This document shows positions 17,132 through 26,596 of a stretch of DNA of 64,000 nt, in pieces (within the stretch, counting starts at the first letter, position 1; the number at the start of each line of letters is the position of its first letter). The notes under the pieces were generated by a model, which did not search any database, had not been told where the DNA came from, and saw nothing but the letters and a program-made list of their open reading frames with translations. The translations under genes and the position numbers were made by a program. This stretch comes from Clostridia bacterium (lineage in GTDB: Bacteria; Bacillota; Clostridia; Christensenellales; UBA1242), in assembly GCA_045538455.1 (NCBI GenBank), contig JAZSRL010000006.1, positions 48,135-112,134 of the forward strand, written 5' to 3'.

Positions 17132-17947
17132 ATGATTGCTTCTATTATTGATGCTAAAACTATTATTATTAATGATTTAACACAATTTGACCCATATGCT
17201 ATTTTGCATAGTGGTCAAATTTTTCGTTATTGGCAAATAAAAGAAGGGTGGCTGATTTTATCGCGTGACCATTGGGCGAAAATTATTCAGCAAAGTAATA
17301 ATATAAAAATTGTTTGCGATGATGCTCAATATTTTTATAAGTTTTTTGATTTTGATATGGATTATGAAATAATTAAAAAAAACTTAAATGCACCAAAATT
17401 AAAAAATGCTTTGAAGTGTGGTGGTGGTATTAGAATTTTAAGAGCAGATTTTGTTGAAATTGTGCTTTCATTTATTATATCGGCAAATAACAATATTAAA
17501 CGCTTTACAAAAACTATTAATGATATCTGTCATACTTATGGAAAACTTTTGTCATGTGGTTATCATAGTTTTCCCAATTTAAAACAGTGTGCGAAAATAT
17601 CATTTGAAGATTTCCAAAAATTCGGTTGTGGATATCGTAGTGAATACTTAGTTACGGCAATTAAGCAGTTAAAGAATCTTGATTATAACAAATTACAAGT
17701 TTTATCTAATAATGAGTTGTACAAAGAATTAATAAAAATTAAAGGAGTTGGCCCAAAGGTGGCTTCCTGTATCATGTTATTTGCATTTCATCGACTTGAT
17801 ATAGCACCAGTCGACACATGGATTAAAAAAGCAATAGTACAGTTATCGTCCGAAGAACAACAAAAAATTTTAACTGGTAAATTTGCCGGGGTAGCGCAAC
17901 AATATATTTTTTATTATCTACAACATTTACACAAAGATGTTTTATAA
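17132..17947 (+). CDS. ogg: 8-oxoguanine DNA glycosylase/AP lyase (Ogg1-type, HhH-GPD)
   Basis: Trimmed to the ATG at 17132, 1 nt after the NTase stop. OGG_N-like HSGQIFRYW. HhH-GPD IKGVGPKVASCIMLFAF with catalytic Lys, and APVDTWIKK with catalytic Asp. Confidence 0.85.
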   Translation: MIASIIDAKTIIINDLTQFDPYAILHSGQIFRYWQIKEGWLILSRDHWAKIIQQSNNIKIVCDDAQYFYKFFDFDMDYEIIKKNLNAPKLKNALKCGGGIRILRADFVEIVLSFIISANNNIKRFTKTINDICHTYGKLLSCGYHSFPNLKQCAKISFEDFQKFGCGYRSEYLVTAIKQLKNLDYNKLQVLSNNELYKELIKIKGVGPKVASCIMLFAFHRLDIAPVDTWIKKAIVQLSSEEQQKILTGKFAGVAQQYIFYYLQHLHKDVL

Positions 17948-17979
17948 AAAAAAGCCAACAAATTTGTTGGCCTTTTTTG
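17947..17979. terminator. bidirectional rho-independent terminator (ogg / tRNA-Met)
   Basis: Palindrome GCCAACAAATTTGTTGGC flanked by A8 on one side and T6 on the other. Confidence 0.75.
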
Positions 17980-17981
17980 TG

Positions 17982-18058
17982 TGGTGGCGGGAGTTGGATT
18001 TGAACCAACGACCTTTGGGTTATGAGCCCAACGAGCTGCCGGACTGCTCTATCCCGCG
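17982..18058 (-). tRNA. tRNA-Met (anticodon CAT), initiator-like
   Basis: Reverse complement folds: acceptor CGCGGGA/TCCCGCC with position 1 unpaired (C opposite C72), A11:T24, anticodon stem with three consecutive G:C pairs (GGG/CCC), loop CTCATAA, T arm GTTGG-TTCAAAT-CCAAC, encoded CCA. 77 nt. Confidence 0.88.
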
Positions 18059-18066
18059 ATATGCAT

Positions 18067-18096
18067 ATTATATGTTATTTATATGTTTATTGTCAA
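18067..18096 (-). promoter_or_regulatory. sigma-A promoter of initiator tRNA
   Basis: Minus-strand TTGACA (18096-18091), 18 nt spacer, TATAAT (18072-18067). The -10 box ends 8 nt upstream of the tRNA 5' end. Confidence 0.65.
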
Positions 18097-18188
18097 CTAT
18101 TTATGTTATTTAAATAAATAATATATTAGAGTCAACAAAACTTTCGTGTGAATAAAATAAGATGTGTAGTAGTAAATAAAATAAATAG

Positions 18189-18217
18189 TTGCGAACCAGT
18201 TTTTTATATGTTAGAAT
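18189..18217 (+). promoter_or_regulatory. sigma-A promoter of tRNA-Tyr
   Basis: TTGCGA (18189-18194), 17 nt spacer, TAGAAT (18212-18217). The tRNA starts 9 nt downstream. Confidence 0.6.
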
Positions 18218-18226
18218 AAAATGTTT

Positions 18227-18312
18227 GGAAGGGTTGCAGAGCGGCCAAATGCTACGGACTGTAAATCCGTCGTCTTACGACTTCGATGGTTCGAATCCAT
18301 CCCCTTCCACCA
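18227..18312 (+). tRNA. tRNA-Tyr (anticodon GTA)
   Basis: Acceptor GGAAGGG/CCCTTCC, anticodon stem-loop CGGA-CTGTAAA-TCCG, long variable arm (TCGTCTTACGACTTC), T arm GATGG-TTCGAAT-CCATC, encoded CCA. 86 nt. Confidence 0.92.
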
Positions 18313-18445
18313 CACCGTAATAATACGAACCGTTTGATAGGTTATCATTATAAATTATTCTATTTGTTACTTTGGTATAATTCTATGGGTGAATTTTTTT
18401 TAAAAAGTAGAACTTTTCATGTTTATTTAATTTATTTTCATATGT

Positions 18446-18473
18446 TTGTCTGATTGTGGTTTTATGATACAAT
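18446..18473 (+). promoter_or_regulatory. putative extended -10 promoter giving a leaderless or near-leaderless sbcD-like mRNA
   Basis: TTGTCT (18446-18451), 16 nt spacer, TGaTACAAT (-10 at 18468-18473). Only 8 nt separate the -10 box from the ATG at 18482, and there is no SD. Confidence 0.4.
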
Positions 18474-18481
18474 GAATAAGA

Positions 18482-19552
18482 ATGAAATTTATACACTGTG
18501 CGGATATCCATTTAGACAGCAAAATGGAAACAAATTTGTCTTCGCAACAAGCGAAAGAACGAAAGAATGAAGTTTTAAATACTTTTGAAAGTATGGTTGC
18601 TTTTGCAGCAGAAAACAACATCCAAGGTATTATTATTGCGGGCGATATGTTTGATTCTGCTAGAATTACAAATTTAACCAAAGCACGCGTTTTAAATTTA
18701 ATCAAAAAACATTCGCAAATTGACTTTTTTTATTTAAGCGGAAATCATGATGAAAGTAATTTCATTGCATTAATAGAAGATATTCCTGAAAATTTGAAAA
18801 TTTTTGGTAAAGAATGGACTAGTTTTAAATACGGTAAAATTAAAATTACTGGAATAGTTTTGAGTCAGGAAAATAACGCAGTTAAATATGAAGATTTGAA
18901 ACTAGCAGCAGATGATATAAATATTGTCGTAATGCATGGTCAAGCTTGTAACCACGAGACTAAAAACAAAAATGAAACAATTAACTTAAATAAGCTTAAA
19001 AACAAAAACATAGATTATTTAGCGTTAGGACATGTTCACTCTTATCAAGAAAACCAAATTGATGAGAGAGGTAAATATTGTTATGCGGGATGTTTAGAAG
19101 GACGAGGATTTGATGAATGTGGCGAAAAAGGTTTTGTCCTCTTAAATGTTGAAGATACCATAGAGGCGGATTTCATACCTTTTGCCAAACGCCAATTAAT
19201 AGAATGTAAATTCGATATTACTGGCTATACAGATTGGTTTGAAATTGAAAATGATGTACTTCAAATGGTTAAAAATATAGATAAACAAAATTTATTAAAA
19301 ATTGTTTTGGTGGGGAAATATAATATCAAATTAGATAAACATATATCGATGCTTGAACAAAAACTTGATGCTTTTTATTTTGCAAAAGTCAAAGATGAAT
19401 CTATATTAGAAGTTTCATTAAAAGATGTTGAAAAAGATCTTTCATTGCGTGGCGAATTTATTCGCAAAATTCTATCATCTAGTTTATCTAATGAAGAAAA
19501 AGAGCAAACCATTTTGTTTGGTTTGAAGGCATTGGAAGGGGAGGACTTATGA
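18482..19552 (+). CDS. DNA repair exonuclease, SbcD/Mre11-like metallophosphoesterase (YhaO type)
   Basis: 356 aa. Calcineurin-like motifs MKFIHCADIHLD, IIAGDMFD, LSGNHD, VMHG, GHVH. Confidence 0.85.
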   Translation: MKFIHCADIHLDSKMETNLSSQQAKERKNEVLNTFESMVAFAAENNIQGIIIAGDMFDSARITNLTKARVLNLIKKHSQIDFFYLSGNHDESNFIALIEDIPENLKIFGKEWTSFKYGKIKITGIVLSQENNAVKYEDLKLAADDINIVVMHGQACNHETKNKNETINLNKLKNKNIDYLALGHVHSYQENQIDERGKYCYAGCLEGRGFDECGEKGFVLLNVEDTIEADFIPFAKRQLIECKFDITGYTDWFEIENDVLQMVKNIDKQNLLKIVLVGKYNIKLDKHISMLEQKLDAFYFAKVKDESILEVSLKDVEKDLSLRGEFIRKILSSSLSNEEKEQTILFGLKALEGEDL

Positions 19553-21846
19553 AGTTAATTAAATGTCATATTGAAAACTTTGGTAAGTTACAAAATTTTG
19601 ATTTTAACTTTTCTGATGGCTTAAATAGTATTAAACACGAAAACGGTTGGGGGAAAAGTACTTTTGCGACTTTTATTAAGTCAATGTTTTATGGATTAGT
19701 TTCAACCACAAAACGCGATTTGGACGAAAATGAAAGGAAGAAATATTTACCATGGCAAGGTGGTAATTATGGTGGCAACATTGATTTTGAAGTCAATGAC
19801 AAGCAATATCGTATTGAACGATTTTTTGGTAAAAATAATTCGGAAGATACATTTAAATTGATTGATTTAGCAACGGGGAAAAGGTCTGTAGATTTTTCAA
19901 GCAGTATTGGCGAAGAATTATTTGGATTAGATCAAGAAGCATTTGAACGCAGTTCATTCATCCCACAAAAAGATATAGATGCACGGCCAAATGATAGTAT
20001 TAATAATAAACTGACAAATTTGATTCAAGGGACTAGTGATAAATTTAATTATGATGAAGCGCAAGAAATTTTAAACAAAAAAAGAGTTTCGTTATATAAC
20101 AACAAGGGTTCTGGAGAAATTCAAGAAATCGAAAGTGACATTGAAGATCTTCTACGGAAAATAAATGATTTAGAAGTTGAAACAAGGAGAATTCCGGAAA
20201 TCCAAAACCAAATTAATACGCAAGAAGCGGAAATTCAAAACTTAATAAATCAACAAAATGAAGTAAAAAAACAAATTTCTGATTATGGTAAATATCAACA
20301 AAAAATAGCCAATCAAGAATTGTATGAAAAATTAGTGAATCAGATTACCACAACTCAATTTCAAATAACTGAAAATGAAAAATTATTAAACGGAAAAGAC
20401 ACAAGCTTAACGGAAGTAAGCGTATTTGAAGTTTTAAACAATAAAGTTTTACAAAATGAAAAAGAGTTGGACTTTAAAAACAAAAACAATTATTTGAAAA
20501 CTCGTCATGAAGAATTATTAAATTATTTTGGCGGTGAAAGTTCAATTCCCGCAACAGAAAAAATTGAAGAAATATCACATAATATAATTAAATATAACGC
20601 TTTAAGTTTGAGTATTAATGAGTCTGCAAATTCACAAAGTCACACCGTAAACATTGCACCAAGGGCGAAAATTGGCATTCCTTTAGTTATTTGTGCCGTT
20701 TGCGCATTATTTGCTGTGGGATTAATTGCTTTCGTTTTACCAATTGCGTTGGCTTTATTTGCTGCGGCTTTTTTGTGCTTGCTAATAGCTGGTTTTTTAT
20801 ATTTAAAAAATTTAATTAATGAACGAACTTCTTCTTTTACTCAATCTAATCACCAAATACTTAATGTTGATCAACCAAAACTTGAGGAACTAAAAACTAG
20901 TATTGAAAGATTTTTAAAACCATATGAACCAAATTGTTATGATTTTCAAAAAGCAATTAATAACCTTATTGCAAATAATAAAGAATTACAAAATATTAAG
21001 CAACAGCTTCAAAAGTTGAATTCCGAAAATAATATTATATCGCAACAAATTCTTCAAGATATTCAAAAAATAGAAAATTATTTAGCACAATTTAATTTCA
21101 ATATAAATATGTCCAATGAAGACAAACTAAACTGTTTAAAACAAACTTTAATTAATATTGCTAATTTAAAAGAACAGTTAATCAATGATGAAAATGAATT
21201 AAATAAATTTAAAGCTGAAAAAAATTTTGATACAAACTGTGAACAAGTGCGTAAAATTGATATTAATGTTTTGCAAGAACAGGAAAAATCTATTCAAAAT
21301 AAAATTGATGATTATCGCGATATAAAGTCTCAAAAAATTGCTTTAATTAATAAAATTCAAGATGATATCTCGGTTTTAGATGATTTCGAAAACGAAAAAG
21401 AATCTTTAGAAGTCAAGCTGCAAACATTAAAAAAAGAATTGTTTGCAGTTAAGAATGCAAAAAAATTTTTGGAAGAAGCGAATGATAGTTTATCTTCCCA
21501 ATTTTTAGCACCTATGAAAAACGGGCTAACCAAATATTTGAAAATGATCACGGATAAAAATTTCGATAATTTAAAAATGGATACTAATTTCAATATAGAT
21601 TTTGAAGAATATGGCAAGTTACGCGAAATTAATTATTATAGTAAGGGCTATAAGAATATTTTTGACTTGTGTATGCGCTTTGCGTTAATTGATGCTTTAT
21701 ACGATAAAGAAAAACCGTTTGTTGTATTAGATGATCCATTTGTAAATATGGATGAAAGCAAAATTAATAATGTAAAATGTTTTATGCAAGAGTTAGCCAA
21801 AAATTATCAAGTAATATATTTTTCTTGTCATGAATCACGCTGCTGA
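19549..21846 (+). CDS. SbcC/Rad50-like AAA ATPase with coiled coil and internal TM hairpin (YhaN type)
   Basis: 765 aa. 4-nt overlap with the upstream gene. N-terminal Walker A HENGWGKST. Long heptad-rich Q/N/K/E region. Two adjacent hydrophobic helices IGIPLVICAVCALFAVGLIAFVL and PIALALFAAAFLCLLIAGFLYL in the middle. C-terminal Walker B FVVLDDPFVNMD. Confidence 0.8.
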   Translation: MKLIKCHIENFGKLQNFDFNFSDGLNSIKHENGWGKSTFATFIKSMFYGLVSTTKRDLDENERKKYLPWQGGNYGGNIDFEVNDKQYRIERFFGKNNSEDTFKLIDLATGKRSVDFSSSIGEELFGLDQEAFERSSFIPQKDIDARPNDSINNKLTNLIQGTSDKFNYDEAQEILNKKRVSLYNNKGSGEIQEIESDIEDLLRKINDLEVETRRIPEIQNQINTQEAEIQNLINQQNEVKKQISDYGKYQQKIANQELYEKLVNQITTTQFQITENEKLLNGKDTSLTEVSVFEVLNNKVLQNEKELDFKNKNNYLKTRHEELLNYFGGESSIPATEKIEEISHNIIKYNALSLSINESANSQSHTVNIAPRAKIGIPLVICAVCALFAVGLIAFVLPIALALFAAAFLCLLIAGFLYLKNLINERTSSFTQSNHQILNVDQPKLEELKTSIERFLKPYEPNCYDFQKAINNLIANNKELQNIKQQLQKLNSENNIISQQILQDIQKIENYLAQFNFNINMSNEDKLNCLKQTLINIANLKEQLINDENELNKFKAEKNFDTNCEQVRKIDINVLQEQEKSIQNKIDDYRDIKSQKIALINKIQDDISVLDDFENEKESLEVKLQTLKKELFAVKNAKKFLEEANDSLSSQFLAPMKNGLTKYLKMITDKNFDNLKMDTNFNIDFEEYGKLREINYYSKGYKNIFDLCMRFALIDALYDKEKPFVVLDDPFVNMDESKINNVKCFMQELAKNYQVIYFSCHESRC

Positions 21847-21870
21847 TAATGATTAAATTCTAAAAAAAAC

Positions 21871-21899
21871 TTGCAACAAAAGTCAGTTTTTGTTATAAA
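21871..21899 (+). promoter_or_regulatory. sigma-A promoter of the ABC exporter operon
   Basis: TTGCAA (21871-21876), 17 nt spacer, TATAAA (21894-21899). A leader of about 95 nt runs to the ATG at 21997, with SD GGAGGG. Confidence 0.55.
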
Positions 21900-21996
21900 T
21901 ATAAATCATAAGATTTTATTGAGTTTAACCAAATATACTTGTTGAGGTTAAGATTATTCAATAATTCGATGCGTTGAGTGGAGGGATAACAAAGAG

Positions 21997-23748
21997 ATGT
22001 TTAAATTAATTAAGCGTCTGCAATTAATTGACTGGCTCTATTTTATATGTGCAGTCTTTTCGATAGTGTTGCAAGTTTGGTTAGATATAAAAGTAGTTGA
22101 TTACACTCGCAATATTTTATTGATTTTACAAAATGGTGGAACCATAGAACAAATATTACAACAAGGTGTATATATGTTGACTTGTGCGCTCATTAGTTTA
22201 TTGGGGGCAATTATTTGTGGCTTCTTTTTTGCACTTATCTCGGCACGCATTGCGCGAAACTTGCGCCGTGAAGTTTATTTAAAAGTACACAATCTTTCAA
22301 TGGCAGACATTAAAAAATTTTCAGTACCAAGTTTAATTACTCGAACTACGAATGATATTGGGCAAGTGCAGATGTTTATTGCCATGGGTATGCAGATGAT
22401 TATTAAAGCTCCACTTACTGCTATTTGGGCAATTACAAAAATGGCAAACAAAAATTGGGAATGGAGTACTTTAACCATTGGTGCTGTTATTACAAATGTT
22501 GTTGGTGTAAGCATTATTATGTCTTTGGCAATTCCGAAGTTTAAAAAAATTCAAACTTATATCGATGATATCAATAATGTTACAAAAGAACAATTGACTG
22601 GTATACGCGTGGTACACGCTTTTAATGCGGAAACTTATCAAGAAAATAAATTTGAAGAAAAAAATAATACTTTAACAAAAACGCAAATTTTTACCCAAAA
22701 AACAATGGGGTTCATGAATCCATTAATGTATTTGGTTATGAACTTAATGTCGTTAGGAATTTACTGGATTGGTGCTTTCTTAATTAACGGTACAGATGTT
22801 GGTAAGGATATTATGTATGCCGATATGGGAACTTTTAATGGTTATGCAAGCCAAGTTGTTTCTTCATTTTTGACATTGGTAATGATTTTTGTAATGTGGC
22901 CACGCGCAAGTGTATCTGCGGCGCGTATTAATGAATTACTAAGCACCAAAAACAGTATTATTAATGGTAAATTTTTAGGGAATACAGAAACGAAGGGTGT
23001 AATTGAATTTCGTAATGTAAGTTTTAAATATCCGGATACGGAAGAATTAATGTTGAAGAATATTTCATTTAAAACCAAGATGGGCGATACCTTAGCTTTT
23101 ATTGGTTCGACGGGTAGTGGAAAAACTACGATTGTAAATTTAATGATGCGTTTTTATGATTGCACGGAAGGTGAAATTTTAATTGATGGTATTAATATCA
23201 AAGATTATGACTTAGAAACATTATATAATAAAATTGGATATGTGCCACAAAGAGCAGTATTGCTTTCGGGCACCGTTAGTTCGAATGTTTCTTTCGGTGA
23301 AAATGATAAAGAAGCAATTAGTGACGAACAAATTAAACAAGCCGTTGCAATTGCACAAGGCACAAACTTCGTTGAGAAGATGGAAAACACCTATCAAGGT
23401 AATGTTGCGCAAGGGGGAACAAATCTATCTGGCGGACAAAAACAACGCTTGTCAATCGCACGAGCAGTAGCTCGTGATCCAGAAATTTATATTTTTGATG
23501 ATTCTTTTTCGGCTTTGGATTATGTAACGGATTATAAATTAAGAGCTGAACTAAAAAAACATACGAAAAATGCCACTAATGTGATTGTTGCGCAACGAAT
23601 TGGAACTATTATGAACGCAGATACAATCGTAGTTTTAGAAAAAGGTGAATGCGTTGGTATTGGAACTCATAAACAGTTATTGAAGAAATGTAAAACATAT
23701 CAAGAAATTGCTTATTCACAATTAAGTAAGGAGGAATTAAATGGCTGA
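21997..23748 (+). CDS. heterodimeric ABC multidrug-type exporter, subunit 1 (fused permease-ATPase, degenerate-site chain)
   Basis: 583 aa. 6-TM N-domain, Walker A GSTGSGKTT, signature LSGGQKQR. Walker B IYIFDDSFSALD has Asp in place of the catalytic Glu, as in LmrC/BmrC/YheI-type chains. Confidence 0.88.
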   Translation: MFKLIKRLQLIDWLYFICAVFSIVLQVWLDIKVVDYTRNILLILQNGGTIEQILQQGVYMLTCALISLLGAIICGFFFALISARIARNLRREVYLKVHNLSMADIKKFSVPSLITRTTNDIGQVQMFIAMGMQMIIKAPLTAIWAITKMANKNWEWSTLTIGAVITNVVGVSIIMSLAIPKFKKIQTYIDDINNVTKEQLTGIRVVHAFNAETYQENKFEEKNNTLTKTQIFTQKTMGFMNPLMYLVMNLMSLGIYWIGAFLINGTDVGKDIMYADMGTFNGYASQVVSSFLTLVMIFVMWPRASVSAARINELLSTKNSIINGKFLGNTETKGVIEFRNVSFKYPDTEELMLKNISFKTKMGDTLAFIGSTGSGKTTIVNLMMRFYDCTEGEILIDGINIKDYDLETLYNKIGYVPQRAVLLSGTVSSNVSFGENDKEAISDEQIKQAVAIAQGTNFVEKMENTYQGNVAQGGTNLSGGQKQRLSIARAVARDPEIYIFDDSFSALDYVTDYKLRAELKKHTKNATNVIVAQRIGTIMNADTIVVLEKGECVGIGTHKQLLKKCKTYQEIAYSQLSKEELNG

Positions 23749-25579
23749 TGTAAAACGACAAAGTGCACGCCGCGGCATGGGCCATGGTTCTGGTATTGTT
23801 GGCGAAAAACCTAAGAATATGAAAAAAGCATTAAAAGATATGTTTAAATACCTAAAACCATTTATGGTTTCAGTTGTTTTTGCAATTATTTTATCGATTG
23901 CATCTTCAATTCTATCAATCATTGGACCAAACAAAATTTCAGATTTAGCTAACACAATTTTAGCTGGTGTACCAACAGAATATAATCCGAATCCTGGTCC
24001 GATAAATTTAAACATGGTGGGGCGAATCGCAGTTATTTTATTAATTGTCTATGGTTTTAGTGCAGTATTTTCTTTGATTCAACAATTTATTATGGCAAAA
24101 ACGGCTAACTGTTTTGCTAAAGATTTAAGAACCGGAATTTCAAAAAAAATTAATAAAATTCCGCTTTCTTATATGGATACACATACGCGTGGCGATGTTC
24201 TTTCGCGTATTACCAATGATGTAGATACTTTAGCACATTCGTTATCTAATTCTTTAGGAACTTTATTTAGCGCAATTGCTTTGTTATTGGGAGCTACATT
24301 AATGATGTTCGTAACTAACTGGATCTTAGCTCTGACTGCAATTACTGCTTCAATGGTAGGTATGATTTTAATGGTTGTCATATTAAAAATATCTCAAAAA
24401 TACTTTATTCGACGCCAAATTGAAATTGGTGAAATTAATGGTCATGTTGAAGAAATTTATGGCGCACACAATATTGTTAAAGCATATAACGCTAAAGGTA
24501 AAGTTACAGATGAATTTGACACGCTCAACAATAAACTTTACAAAAGTAATAAGATGAGTGAATTCTTTGGCAGTTTAATGCCGCAAATTATGGGTTTTGT
24601 CGGGGAATTAGGTTATTTAGCTGTGGCAATTGTAGGTGCGATTATGTGTATCCACGGTGTAACCAATGTTGGTGTTATTTTTGCTTTTGTAATTTATGTT
24701 CGCTTATTTACTAGTCCAATGTCACAAATTTCACAATGTATGACAAGGTTGCAATCGGGCATTGCTTCATCGGAACGAGTTTTTGAATTTTTAGATGAAA
24801 AAGAAATGTCCGCACAGGATAGTTGTATAGAATATCTTGACCCCAAATTAGCAAAAGGAAAAATTTCTTTCCAAAATGTTCAATTTGGTTATCGTCCAAA
24901 TGAGCCAGTTATTAAAGACTTTTCATGTGAAGTTTTACCAGGACAAAAAATTGCAATTGTTGGACCAACTGGTGCTGGTAAAACAACTCTAGTTAATTTA
25001 CTTATGAAATTTTATGACATTGATAGTGGCGATATCATCATTGATGGTAAATCAATCAAGTCTTTGACTCGTGAAAATATTCACAACTTATTCACAATGG
25101 TATTGCAAGATACATGGTTATTTAAAGGCACAGTGCGAGAAAATTTATGCTACAACTGTGAAAATATAAGTGATGAAAAAATCATGGAGGTATGCCGTAT
25201 TATAGGTATCGAAAAGTTCATTACAACATTACCCAAAGGTCTGGATACAGTTTTAGACGATAATAATAGTGTTTCAGCAGGGCAGCGTCAATTATTCACA
25301 ATCGCACGCGGTATGTTAAAAGATTCTCCTTTCTCGATTTTAGATGAAGCTACATCTTCTGTTGATACTCGTACAGAAGAGTTAGTTCAAAAAGCCATGG
25401 ATTGTTTGTCTGCCAATAAAACTTCATTTATCATTGCTCATCGCTTATCAACAATTAGAAATGCAGACAAAATTTTAGTATTGGATCATGGCGACATTGT
25501 GGAACAAGGTAACCACGAAGAATTAATGAAATTAAATGGCGCATATGCTCAATTGTATAATTCACAATTTAAAAAATAA
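23741..25579 (+). CDS. heterodimeric ABC multidrug-type exporter, subunit 2 (consensus-site chain)
   Basis: 612 aa. 8-nt overlap with subunit 1. Walker A GPTGAGKTT, non-canonical signature VSAGQRQ, canonical Walker B FSILDEATSSVD, H-loop IIAHRLST. Confidence 0.88.
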   Translation: MADVKRQSARRGMGHGSGIVGEKPKNMKKALKDMFKYLKPFMVSVVFAIILSIASSILSIIGPNKISDLANTILAGVPTEYNPNPGPINLNMVGRIAVILLIVYGFSAVFSLIQQFIMAKTANCFAKDLRTGISKKINKIPLSYMDTHTRGDVLSRITNDVDTLAHSLSNSLGTLFSAIALLLGATLMMFVTNWILALTAITASMVGMILMVVILKISQKYFIRRQIEIGEINGHVEEIYGAHNIVKAYNAKGKVTDEFDTLNNKLYKSNKMSEFFGSLMPQIMGFVGELGYLAVAIVGAIMCIHGVTNVGVIFAFVIYVRLFTSPMSQISQCMTRLQSGIASSERVFEFLDEKEMSAQDSCIEYLDPKLAKGKISFQNVQFGYRPNEPVIKDFSCEVLPGQKIAIVGPTGAGKTTLVNLLMKFYDIDSGDIIIDGKSIKSLTRENIHNLFTMVLQDTWLFKGTVRENLCYNCENISDEKIMEVCRIIGIEKFITTLPKGLDTVLDDNNSVSAGQRQLFTIARGMLKDSPFSILDEATSSVDTRTEELVQKAMDCLSANKTSFIIAHRLSTIRNADKILVLDHGDIVEQGNHEELMKLNGAYAQLYNSQFKK

Positions 25580-25649
25580 ACGACAAAAAACTATTTTATT
25601 TTTTATAATGGGTATTGATTTTTACTTAAATTTATGGTTAAATAGTTAG

Positions 25650-26561
25650 ATGCCTATTAATTCTAATCCTAATTTCTGTGATAATCAACAAAAGTACGAT
25701 TTTGTACCTTTGAATACTTTTTTAGGCAAAAAAAATACTACAGTTTCAAAAATGGATTCAATAATTGAAAAAATTACTAAAAATCCAAAAGTGCGTGAAG
25801 GTATAAAATTAATATTAGATGGAGAAATACTTTTTCGATCATTCAATCGTGCAATTACTATTTTATTAACAGCAAAAAACAAAGCCCAATTAGAAAGAGC
25901 CGATAGGTCATTGCAGATTGCGGCAAATGAAATTAAAAACTATGAAAAGATAGGTGGTTCATCAATTCCACATTATCAAATTGCATTGTATTTATATACA
26001 ATACAAGAATTGATGATCAATTTAGATAAATGGAAGTTACCAGGCAACCAAGAAACCAACTATGTGCCGAGTATAATTGAAAAACTAAGGAATGTGAAAT
26101 TTAAATGTGCTTGTTTGGGACTTAACGAAGATGTAATTCGTGAAGAATGTTTTTCTAATGACTATCAAATTCCTTATGATGATGTTTTGCGTAATTTTGT
26201 ATATCTAGATGAAGAAGAAGTCGATGCTTTTTTAAAGCGTTTAAGTCGCTATGAAGTAACACAGTATTATGGTGATTTATATAAAAAAACCTTACAATCT
26301 ACATGGAAAGGACCAAGCGAAGAATATGACATAGGTCTTATTCTTTGTCATATAAAAATGAACTTAGGAATAAATCAATTAACTTTGAAAAGTTACGAAG
26401 AAAATTATTGGGAAATACGAAAAATAATCGCCCAATATCTTGAAACAGAAGATATCTACCCGCGAACAGTGCTTGCAGCCGCATTAAAAGATTATTTATT
26501 AAAAGAAGAACACTTTAATAAAACACTACACAGATATGATGCAGGGCGTGTTATCGAATAA
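25650..26561 (+). CDS. hypothetical cytosolic helical protein
   Basis: 303 aa ORF (alternative ATG at 25752). No TM or signal peptide and no motif recognised. Sits just upstream of an ABC-2 transporter pair. Confidence 0.5.
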   Translation: MPINSNPNFCDNQQKYDFVPLNTFLGKKNTTVSKMDSIIEKITKNPKVREGIKLILDGEILFRSFNRAITILLTAKNKAQLERADRSLQIAANEIKNYEKIGGSSIPHYQIALYLYTIQELMINLDKWKLPGNQETNYVPSIIEKLRNVKFKCACLGLNEDVIREECFSNDYQIPYDDVLRNFVYLDEEEVDAFLKRLSRYEVTQYYGDLYKKTLQSTWKGPSEEYDIGLILCHIKMNLGINQLTLKSYEENYWEIRKIIAQYLETEDIYPRTVLAAALKDYLLKEEHFNKTLHRYDAGRVIE

Positions 26562-26596
26562 TTTGCGCAAATATTTTGCATGTGTTACAATGAAAA

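Noticed and set aside
21900-21996. Mini-uORF ATG-CGT-TGA (about 21969-21977) just upstream of the SD of the ABC exporter operon, as a BmrB-like attenuation leader.
   Set aside because: It is only two sense codons, has no SD of its own, and there is no terminator or antiterminator hairpin with a T-tract in the leader. It is probably chance.
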